64,000 bases of DNA. It comes from Blastocladiella emersonii ATCC 22665 (Eukaryota; Fungi; Blastocladiomycota). The notes under the pieces were generated by a model. It searched no databases. It saw only the letters and a program-made list of their open reading frames with translations, and had not been told where the DNA came from. Position numbers and translations under genes: made by a program. The stretch is from the NCBI GenBank assembly GCA_025594325.1, contig JANHCV010000011.1, positions 992,001-1,056,000 on the forward strand, written 5' to 3'. Of this stretch, positions 1-7,186 are shown one piece after another; position 1 is the stretch's first letter, and each line of letters begins with the position of its first letter.

Positions 1-989
1 CGTGCCAGGTCAATGGTCCCTGCAAGCTTGGCCGAGTCAATGCCAGATGCCAGCTTGGCGTTGGTCAGGGTCCCGTCGGCGATGCGGGCAGGGTCGAGGA
101 TCCCAGTGAGCTTGACCGCCGACACGTCTGTGACCTTGGCGTCCGTGACCGCGCCTGCTGCCAGGTGGGCCGTTCCAATGGACCCAACGTTGAGCTTGGC
201 CCCATCGATGCCAGTTGCCAGCTTGGCGTTGGTCACGGCCGCGTCTGCCAGGACCAGGGAGCCGACCGTGCCCGCTGCCAGCTTGGACCTGTCGATGCCA
301 GCTGCCACCTTGGCGTTGGATACGGCACCATCTGCCAGGGCTCCCGTCCCAATAGTCCCTGCAACGAGCTTGGACTCAGACACGGACGCGACCTTGGCAT
401 CTGTGACTGCCAGGTCAACGAGAGCCGCCGTGCCGACCGTGCCTGCCACAAGCTTGGACCCGGACATGGACGCGACCTTGGCATCAGTCACTGAGCCGTC
501 TGCCAGGACCGAGGTCCCGACTGTGCCTGCCACGAGCTTGGACCCAGACACGGACGCAACCTTGGCATCTGTCACTGAGCCGTCTGCCAGGACCGAGATT
601 CCGACGGCTGGGAGGTTGGACGCACTGAGCACGCCCACGACCTTGGACGCAGACACAGTGTCCAGCTGAGCATCAACGAGCTTGCCGGTGACCTGTCCTG
701 CTGTAATCGTGGCGACCTTGTCGGCCGTGACGCTGGCCGGGAGCAGCTGTGCCGTGCCGACTGACTTGACATAGAGCCCTGCTGCGCCCACGCCAAGGGT
801 CTGGTCGTCGACCTTGGTCGAGACAGTGGTCCCTGAGACTGCCACGCCAGGGCCAGCAACAGGTGCGCCGACCGTGGCGTACACAGCACTGATGGCCGCG
901 TCAACGTAGGCCTTGGACACGTCCGGGACCCCCGTGGTAGACACGGTTGGAGACGCAGTACTTGAGACGTTAAAGATATTCTTGACCAT
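1..989 (-). CDS. Virion fibre/spike-like repeat protein (3'-incomplete, at least 329 aa; absent from ORF track)
   Basis: Manual translation from ATG at 989: MVKNIFNVSSTASPTVSTTGVPDVSKAYVDAAISAV..., then about 7 repeats of 28-29 aa (LADGSVTDAKVASVSGSKLVAGTVGT). The frame is open to the window edge. DNA period is 84-87 bp (AGCTT anchors at 25, 109, 193, 280, 367, 451, 535). Confidence 0.75.
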   Translation of the reverse strand, partial: MVKNIFNVSSTASPTVSTTGVPDVSKAYVDAAISAVYATVGAPVAGPGVAVSGTTVSTKVDDQTLGVGAAGLYVKSVGTAQLLPASVTADKVATITAGQVTGKLVDAQLDTVSASKVVGVLSASNLPAVGISVLADGSVTDAKVASVSGSKLVAGTVGTSVLADGSVTDAKVASMSGSKLVAGTVGTAALVDLAVTDAKVASVSESKLVAGTIGTGALADGAVSNAKVAAGIDRSKLAAGTVGSLVLADAAVTNAKLATGIDGAKLNVGSIGTAHLAAGAVTDAKVTDVSAVKLTGILDPARIADGTLTNAKLASGIDSAKLAGTIDLA

Positions 990-1009
990 GTTTAACCTTA
1001 AGCAACAGA

Positions 1010-1261
1010 ATGATTTCCAGCGACCATGACCTGAGCCTGGACGAGTGGCGGGAGCACCTCGCCGAGACCATGCCCGTGCCAAGCAGCTGGTACAGCAAGA
1101 GCGACAAGGACAAGGCCAAGTGGCTACGGAAGCGCGACCGCAAGGCCAACCGGTACACGCACGTTGACGACGAGGCAGCGCGGGCAGAGCGGGTCAAGAT
1201 CCGGATCTACAAGGCACTCAACGCCAAGCGCCAGGACCAGGGGGCAAATAGCACCGTCTGA
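1010..1261 (+). CDS. Small basic hypothetical viral protein (83 aa)
   Basis: Open frame with coding-like codon usage (AAG/GAC/CGC-rich) and a K/R-rich middle; divergent from the fibre gene. The start could be a downstream ATG. Confidence 0.5.
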   Translation: MISSDHDLSLDEWREHLAETMPVPSSWYSKSDKDKAKWLRKRDRKANRYTHVDDEAARAERVKIRIYKALNAKRQDQGANSTV

Positions 1262-1338
1262 GGGACAAAAGGCACCTGCCACGGGGAAAAAGGTACCGAC
1301 AGGGGGACGTTTTATTTTCGGTCCATACAGTAACCATC

Positions 1339-3054
1339 ATGGGCCGAAGAACAGTACCAGAACTACTTGCAAGAGTGACCAAGGCAACCAACGGCCGCAT
1401 CACGGCTGAGCGCCTTGCAGGGCAGAAGATCAAGGCGACCATTGATGGCCGCGAGTACACGTTCCCCAATGCCAAAGAGCTCCTCGACGTCTGGGTGCCT
1501 TACATCCTTGCCTTTGACTACAAGGTGACGCCCGAGAGCTATGCCAACGACTTTGGCCGCAAACGAGGCGACTCGCTGTTCTACCTCAAGCACCAGGACG
1601 GCGTCACTGGGTACGAGGTCAAGGACCTCCAGGAGCACGTCCAAGACACGCTTAAAGCGTGGGAAGAGCACCAGGCAACGGGCAAGGTCACTCGAGTCCC
1701 AGTTGCTCCACCAGCGGCAAGCCCCAGACCAGAGGCCCCCGAGTTGGCCACGGACAGCAACAGGGGCAGCAGCGAAGAGGAGCGCGACGAGCTGGCAGAA
1801 GAGATCTCGCGAGCCCTGGACGTCATTGACGAGGACGCTGTACCGGACCACTTGCTCCCCGTGCCCGTCCGGCCAGTCATGCCCGAGCAGTACCCGGTCA
1901 AGGCCGGCGACTATGTTGGTCAAGACATTGACAAGTACGGCGCCATGATCCCCGGCCAGTACCTGATCCAGAATGACAATGACGGCGGCAACGACCCGCC
2001 CCCAAGGCTTGACGACGGCACCCGCGACCTCGTGGTCATGCCACCAAGCTACGGCCCGGACGTGGCACAGCGGCAAGGCGTGTACAACGAGGGTCACGTC
2101 CACCCGGCCATGGACGAGGCACGCATGATCGAGGGCTCCAAGGACTTGCAGGTCTACAACCCCGAGCAGGCGCTGACAACCACAGACGACATGGAGGTCG
2201 ACGTTGTCCAGAACTTTCAACAGTTTAACCAGTTCGTGTACAACAGCTACACGCAGCAGAACACGCAGAACGTCGACATGCGGCAGTTCATCACCCAGTA
2301 CGAGAACAACTACTACGAGCAGAACGTGGACATGCAGCAGCAGATCCTGGTCCAGTACAACAATGACCCGAACGTCATGGCCGCGCTCGAGCTCATTGCC
2401 TCACAGTTTGCCGGGTCCCAGGTCATGCAGTACCAGGCGTACCAGGCGCTCATCGAGCAGTCGGCAGCCGCTCAGGGACTGGCCATGGACGCATTTGCCA
2501 ACCTCGCGTCCGGGATCGTGGACACGCTCCGAGCCAAACGCAACGACTTTGTCCGCCAGATTGACGCTGGCAACCGCGCGCTTGTGTCTGAGATTGCCAC
2601 GGGCATGTCCTCTGCGCTCAGCAACCAGCAGGTGCTCATGAACCAGCTCACAAGCGGCGTCCAGGGCGCGATCCAAGGGCAGACCCAGAGCAACGAGGCC
2701 ATGACCAAGACGCTCCAAGACCTTGGGTCCAAGCTGGACACGATCCCTGCACCCCAAGTCATTGTCCAGCCTGCCGACACAAGCGGCCTCGAGGCCATGA
2801 TCAGGGAGCTGGCCGCGCAAAACAATTCTGGCGGTAGTTCTAAGAAGACCGACATGCTCCTTGAACAGATCCTCAAGCAACTGGGCTACAAGAAGCCGAC
2901 CGACGCGAAGCTGTTCACAGACAAGCGGGCAGCGGGTAGCAGGCTGACAGCGCCCAAGATCCAGCGTCACCAGAAGATCCCTGAGCGGCCCGTCAAGCAG
3001 GTCCGCGAGACCCCAAGGCGCAGCGGCATTGTGCTTGACCTCGGCTGGGACTGA
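1339..3054 (+). CDS. Hypothetical viral protein, 571 aa, with Q/N/Y-rich segment and helical C-terminal half
   Basis: Long intronless ORF directly upstream of the ATPase with the same codon style as the capsid genes; no recognisable catalytic motif. Confidence 0.7.
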   Translation: MGRRTVPELLARVTKATNGRITAERLAGQKIKATIDGREYTFPNAKELLDVWVPYILAFDYKVTPESYANDFGRKRGDSLFYLKHQDGVTGYEVKDLQEHVQDTLKAWEEHQATGKVTRVPVAPPAASPRPEAPELATDSNRGSSEEERDELAEEISRALDVIDEDAVPDHLLPVPVRPVMPEQYPVKAGDYVGQDIDKYGAMIPGQYLIQNDNDGGNDPPPRLDDGTRDLVVMPPSYGPDVAQRQGVYNEGHVHPAMDEARMIEGSKDLQVYNPEQALTTTDDMEVDVVQNFQQFNQFVYNSYTQQNTQNVDMRQFITQYENNYYEQNVDMQQQILVQYNNDPNVMAALELIASQFAGSQVMQYQAYQALIEQSAAAQGLAMDAFANLASGIVDTLRAKRNDFVRQIDAGNRALVSEIATGMSSALSNQQVLMNQLTSGVQGAIQGQTQSNEAMTKTLQDLGSKLDTIPAPQVIVQPADTSGLEAMIRELAAQNNSGGSSKKTDMLLEQILKQLGYKKPTDAKLFTDKRAAGSRLTAPKIQRHQKIPERPVKQVRETPRRSGIVLDLGWD

Positions 3055-3058
3055 CGCC

Positions 3059-3083
3059 CTTTTTTGTTGGCAGTCTTTAAATG
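3059..3083 (+). promoter_or_regulatory. Shared viral upstream motif (T-tract, TGTTG, spacer, TAAA(C/T), ATG); exemplar before the ATPase
   Basis: Variants occur before the ATGs at 989(-), 3081, 3919, 5181, 5466, 6241 and 6755(-). Confidence 0.6.
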
Positions 3084-3878
3084 TACGACATTGTTGCCAT
3101 TGACAACGGCTTTACGCGCAACGACGACGGCGAGCCGCTGCCGATCCCCAAGCACCCGTTCACCATGAACGTCATTGGCGCCAAGGGTCAGGGCAAGTCG
3201 ACGCTGATCGCAAACATGGTCTGCTTCCCGCACTTTTACAAGGGCCAGTTCGACAACATCTGGGTCTTTAACCCAACGTTCCACGCCGACAACAAGTACA
3301 AGTACATTGCCAGTCAACCGATCCTGCGACCGCCCAAGAAGGAGCGCAACGTGCTGGACCCCCAGGAGCGCAACCCGGACCGGCTCAAGATCAAGCCAAG
3401 CTGCATCGTCACGGACCCCGAGCAGTTCATCCCGACCCTGCTCAAGATGCGCCAGGACCTGACCAAGACATTCGAAGAGTCTGGCAAGAAGGCGCTCCAG
3501 GACCAGCTGCTGATCATTGACGACGTGCTTGGGCTCAAGCTGCTGAGCCACAGAACGCTGACCAACTTTCTGTGCAACTCGCGGCACTTGAAGATCAGCT
3601 GCATCATTGGCGTCCAGCGGTGGTGTGCCCTGCCCAAGACTCTGCGCATCAATTGCAGCTACAGCGTCGTCTACCCAATCTATGACAAGACCGAGGTCCA
3701 GACGCTGCACAAGGAGATTGGGTCGCAGTTCGACCTCAAGGAGTTTGAGGCCATCATTGAACAGCTCTTTGACACGCGTACTGGCAACACGAAGCGACGC
3801 TTCCTGGGCGTCAACAACCAGAACCCGCCCAAGTACCGGCTTGTAGACAGCTTCAGCGAGTGGATCGTGAAGCAGTAG
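3081..3878 (+). CDS. A32-like (FtsK-HerA superfamily) DNA packaging ATPase
   Basis: Walker A GAKGQGKS, Walker B LLIIDD, A32-type SRHLKISCIIGVQ and LPKTLRINCSY; 265 aa; immediately upstream of the MCP. Confidence 0.92.
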   Translation: MYDIVAIDNGFTRNDDGEPLPIPKHPFTMNVIGAKGQGKSTLIANMVCFPHFYKGQFDNIWVFNPTFHADNKYKYIASQPILRPPKKERNVLDPQERNPDRLKIKPSCIVTDPEQFIPTLLKMRQDLTKTFEESGKKALQDQLLIIDDVLGLKLLSHRTLTNFLCNSRHLKISCIIGVQRWCALPKTLRINCSYSVVYPIYDKTEVQTLHKEIGSQFDLKEFEAIIEQLFDTRTGNTKRRFLGVNNQNPPKYRLVDSFSEWIVKQ

Positions 3879-3918
3879 ACTCTTGACTTTTTTTTGTTGC
3901 CGAGTCCTAAACTAAACC

Positions 3919-5139
3919 ATGTCCAGTACCAACGCCCAGTTCTCGCAGGTCCTGTCCAAGACTCTCCCTCCTGAGATGTCGTTCAACCTGCCCAAGGAGT
4001 CCGTCTATGCTGAGCGCCAGACCGTCCAGTTCACGGCTCAGGGCGGCCCCAAGTTTGCTCCTGGCAACAGCATCAGCGTCCTGCTCCCGCCGCGCGACGA
4101 CATGATGGACACGCACTGTACTTTCCTGCAGTTCTCGGCCAAGACCACGGACGCCAACGTCGCTTTCTGCGATGGTATCTTCAGCGTCATTGACCGTGTC
4201 CGCATCTACAGCGCGTCCGGTGCCCTACTCGAAGAGCTCCCGTACTACAACCTGCGTCAGCGCATTGAGGCCGACGTGACGGTCCCCCAGTACCTCAAGG
4301 ACTCGTGTCTCGGCGTGGCACAGGGCTACTTTGCGTCCGGCGCGGACAAGTTCGCTGTCTCGTCCGGGCTGCACCGGTACATGCTGCCCATCAAGTCGGC
4401 CCTGCTGGCAAACCAGAAGCACCTCCCAATGAAGTACACGGGCGGCATCCGCGTCGAGTTCACCCTCGCACCTGGCAGTGACGCCTGCATTGTCAAGAAC
4501 AATGCCATCCCAGGCTACACAGTCAAGGACGTCTGCATTGTCTCGGACCTGATCAAGCTCAACGACCAGCAGATCGCGGTCATGGACGCGGCCTTCAAGA
4601 AGCAGGGCCTCAAGCTCTTTGGCACGACCTACAACCACCACTTCCTGAACTACTTGGTGCCCAACTCGACGCTCAACATCTCGGACCGCTTGGCCTCACA
4701 GAAAGACATCCTGCTGTCGTTCCGCGACAATGCCGTGCTCAACGACAATGCCAAGGACTCGTTCCTTCGTGCCAAGACCATTACATCGTACCAGTTCAGC
4801 GTGGCCGGCCGACTCTTCCCTCAGCGACCCATCCGCTGTGACGACTACGCGTCCGAGGCGTTCGTTGAGCTGACCAATGCCTTCCATGGCCACATCATTG
4901 GCGCTGGCCTCACAGTTGACAAGTTCAACGCGCCGGCCGAGGGTACCTTTGTTGTCGGCCGTGACCTCGAGTCGAGTCGCACCGTGGTCAGCGGCGACAA
5001 GTCTTGCAAGAGCCAGGCCGTGGACATGCAGGTGATCCTGACTTCAAGCGTGGCCCCGAACCAGCGCGTGGACGCCTTCATTGGCATCGACGTGGTCTAC
5101 GAGTTCCTGCCAACCGGCGAGATCAACATCTACAAGTAA
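3919..5139 (+). CDS. Major capsid protein, double jelly-roll type (PLV-like)
   Basis: 406 aa, beta-rich. The segments SVIDRVRI..SGALLEEL, YQFSVAGRLFPQRPI and TFVVGRDLE....VSG resemble PLV-type MCPs (recognised by eye). It lies between the ATPase and the penton-like gene. Confidence 0.82.
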   Translation: MSSTNAQFSQVLSKTLPPEMSFNLPKESVYAERQTVQFTAQGGPKFAPGNSISVLLPPRDDMMDTHCTFLQFSAKTTDANVAFCDGIFSVIDRVRIYSASGALLEELPYYNLRQRIEADVTVPQYLKDSCLGVAQGYFASGADKFAVSSGLHRYMLPIKSALLANQKHLPMKYTGGIRVEFTLAPGSDACIVKNNAIPGYTVKDVCIVSDLIKLNDQQIAVMDAAFKKQGLKLFGTTYNHHFLNYLVPNSTLNISDRLASQKDILLSFRDNAVLNDNAKDSFLRAKTITSYQFSVAGRLFPQRPIRCDDYASEAFVELTNAFHGHIIGAGLTVDKFNAPAEGTFVVGRDLESSRTVVSGDKSCKSQAVDMQVILTSSVAPNQRVDAFIGIDVVYEFLPTGEINIYK

Positions 5140-5180
5140 CGGCCCTGTCCTTTCTTTTCTTGCATAGAGTTAAACCCGCC

Positions 5181-5447
5181 ATGATCTTCCGTAACCTCTG
5201 GACCAACTTTAGCAATGTGCTCGGCCAGGTCGGGTCCTTTGTCAACAAACACATGCCAACCGTCCTCAAAGGCGTCAAGACCGTGTCCAAGTTCTTTGAG
5301 CGGTCGCACAACCCCGCCGTGAGCTCCATTGCACAGATGGTGTCCAAGGGCGCGGACCTTGCCCAAGACATTCACACCTGGTACAACCGACCAACGAGCG
5401 AGATCTTTGAGGCAGACGCTGACGACACGGGGACAGCTGTACAATAA
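5181..5447 (+). CDS. Small viral protein (88 aa) with N-terminal amphipathic helix
   Basis: ATG at 5181 preceded by GAGTTAAACCCGCC. Sequence MIFRNLWTNFSNVLGQVGSFVNKHMPTVLKGVKTVSKFF... fills the gap between MCP and penton. Confidence 0.7.
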   Translation: MIFRNLWTNFSNVLGQVGSFVNKHMPTVLKGVKTVSKFFERSHNPAVSSIAQMVSKGADLAQDIHTWYNRPTSEIFEADADDTGTAVQ

Positions 5448-5465
5448 ATTGTTGTCTTTGTTTAA

Positions 5466-6209
5466 ATGTCCGAGTACAAGACGCTGACCATCTGCAGCCG
5501 CGACCTCAAGAACGGCATCCTGTACCTACCACGACCCCTGTCCGTGCGCGGCGTCAAGGTCAACTCGGCGTACCTCTGCAACAGCTGGCACACGGTCAAC
5601 TCCAAGGCCAACAAAGTGTACCTGACCCAGAGCCGTGGCGCGCTGACGTTCCCGGGCACCATCACCGTCCCTGATGGCAACTACACGGTCGAGACGTTCA
5701 CGGCCACGCTCAAGAGCCTGCTCAACAACGCGCCCTCAGCGTACCTCTGGCAGGGCACATGGGACGTCCAGGTTGACTTGACTACCCAGAAGATGCGCCT
5801 GGCCAACAACACGGTCGACTTTACAATTGGAACAGGGACGGCGTTGCTGAACGTCCACATGGGCTTTGTTGGAGCGTATGGCTACAGCAAGGTCCAGTAC
5901 GCGTCGGCGCTGGTCAACATCTCGCCCATCAACCTGCTTCACGTCTACTCGCGCAACCTTGGCACCCGGCTCACGGACAACATGTACAGCGCGTACCCAC
6001 AAGACAACGGCGTACTTTGTAGCATCCACGTCACGCAACCCTTTGGCAGCTGGTTCGAGCATCGACCACACATGGGTGACTACTTTCGCTTTGACGCGCA
6101 GGGACAGGCCCAGCAGATTGACTGTATTGACATTGACATGGTAGACGAGAACCTGCGCTCTGTCGACTTTCTTGGCCAACCCTTCTACGTCGAGCTCGCG
6201 TTCATCTGA
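5466..6209 (+). CDS. Minor capsid protein / penton (single jelly-roll, PLV-like)
   Basis: 247 aa. The TVPDGNYT motif and C-terminal IDIDMVDENLRSVDFLGQPFYVELAF are typical of PLV/Polinton minor capsid proteins. Starts in a TAAATG context. Confidence 0.78.
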   Translation: MSEYKTLTICSRDLKNGILYLPRPLSVRGVKVNSAYLCNSWHTVNSKANKVYLTQSRGALTFPGTITVPDGNYTVETFTATLKSLLNNAPSAYLWQGTWDVQVDLTTQKMRLANNTVDFTIGTGTALLNVHMGFVGAYGYSKVQYASALVNISPINLLHVYSRNLGTRLTDNMYSAYPQDNGVLCSIHVTQPFGSWFEHRPHMGDYFRFDAQGQAQQIDCIDIDMVDENLRSVDFLGQPFYVELAFI

Positions 6210-6240
6210 CGTTGACTTTAATTGTTGTTGTACTGTAAAC

Positions 6241-6342
6241 ATGATCCTCGAGACGCTCCTTCTTGCCACCAACGCCCTGATCCTTGTAGCCAACCTGGCC
6301 ATTGTCGGGTACACAAGCAAAGTATTCCGCGCCGTAGAGTAA
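6241..6342 (+). CDS. Micro-ORF, 33-aa hydrophobic peptide (MILETLLLATNALILVANLAIVGYTSKVFRAVE)
   Basis: Preceded by TTGTTGTACTGTAAAC, the same motif as the capsid genes; one hydrophobic stretch of about 20 aa. Below the ORF-track size cutoff. Confidence 0.55.
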   Translation: MILETLLLATNALILVANLAIVGYTSKVFRAVE

Positions 6343-6602
6343 GCAACGACATGTGCTTTAAATTCTTTCTGCGAAGGCATAGTAAGACACAGGACAATGA
6401 ATACTGGCTCTACTGCATCAACGCCCCGCGCACCTTCCACAAGCATCCCTTGGACTGGCCGTCCAGGCCCCCAGTCGACAGCCAACTACACGGCCATCCG
6501 CGACGTGGCCCTGCCAGGTGCCAAGGTTGTGTACACTGTCTGCTTTGAATAGATCCTTCAAGTTAACTTGGTTAGCTACCTTGAAGCCTTTACTGGTCGC
6601 TC

Positions 6603-6755
6603 TCAGACTACCCGGCGGTATGTGTACTTGTGCCCGCAGCACGGGTACACAACTTGGACCCACAGCAGCTCATTGTCATGGACCCAGCTGGGAGCATCAT
6701 AGTGATCGCATGGCGGCTTGGGCAGGGGGACGATCTCTTTGATACAGCCTCGCAT
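6603..6755 (-). CDS. Micro-ORF, 50-aa Cys/His-containing peptide
   Basis: MRGCIKEIVPLPKPPCDHYDAPSWVHDNELLWVQVVYPCCGHKYTYRRVV; upstream on the minus strand is CTTTGTTGGACTACTGTAACTATG, a variant of the shared motif. Confidence 0.45.
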   Translation of the reverse strand: MRGCIKEIVPLPKPPCDHYDAPSWVHDNELLWVQVVYPCCGHKYTYRRVV

Positions 6756-6823
6756 AGTTACAGTAGTCCAACAAAGTTTAAATTGACAAACGCATTCAAC
6801 GCACTTGGCATGACGTAGCAACG

Positions 6824-7023
6824 GGCACCCCCAACCCTCCTTGACCTGGCACCCCCGACCTGGCACCCCTGACCTGGCACCCCCAACCCTCCTTGACCCG
6901 GCACCCCCGACCTGGCACCCCCGACCCTCCTTGACCCGGCACCCCCGACCTGGCATGCCCCTTCCTGCTAAGACGCTGCCTGCTAAGACGCTCCCCTGCC
7001 CTGACCCCCTGTACCCTGACCTC
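6824..7023. repeat. Mixed 14-bp/24-bp tandem repeats (GGCACCCCCGACCT / GGCACCCCCAACCCTCCTTGACCY), G-rich on the minus strand
   Basis: Seven consecutive units at 6824-6951, followed by short CCTGCTAAGACGCT repeats. Confidence 0.9.
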
Positions 7024-7032
7024 TTGTCTCTG

Positions 7033-7109
7033 AAAAGTTCCACTTTTCGCTCAAAAAGGGGCAGTGTATATATATACCTACCTGTTTTTGAGCGAAAAGT
7101 GGAACTTTT
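7033..7109. repeat. Perfect 25-bp inverted repeat with 27-nt loop containing GTATATATATAC
   Basis: AAAAGTTCCACTTTTCGCTCAAAAA (7033-7057) pairs with TTTTTGAGCGAAAAGTGGAACTTTT (7085-7109). Confidence 0.95.
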
Positions 7110-7186
7110 ACGGTGAACGGCTTCATAGCAGCCGCTCGCGGCAGGTGGTCAGGGACTGGCTCGGGGACTGGCTCGGGGACTGCTCA

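Larger units (their letters stand above)
1..6790. mobile_element. Endogenous Polinton-like virus (PLV) virion/packaging module; runs off the left edge of the window
   Basis: Cluster of intronless, closely spaced ORFs: A32-like ATPase, MCP-like, penton-like and fibre-like. It is visibly less GC-rich than the host genes at 23-63 kb and shares an upstream motif. No polymerase, integrase or cysteine protease is seen inside the window. Confidence 0.85.

Noticed and set aside
13-669. 218-aa plus-strand ORF from the track
   Set aside because: Antisense shadow of the repetitive minus-strand fibre gene; codon bias, start motif and protein repeats favour the minus frame.
1-6790. Bacteriophage/prophage or bacterial contamination
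   Set aside because: The ATPase is A32-type rather than a terminase, there are no portal/tail genes or Shine-Dalgarno pattern, and the capsid genes look PLV-like. A chimeric assembly still needs long-read exclusion.
1-6790. Classical Maverick/Polinton or virophage assignment
   Set aside because: No cysteine protease, pPolB or rve integrase is visible in the window, so only a PLV-like call is supported; the left part is missing.
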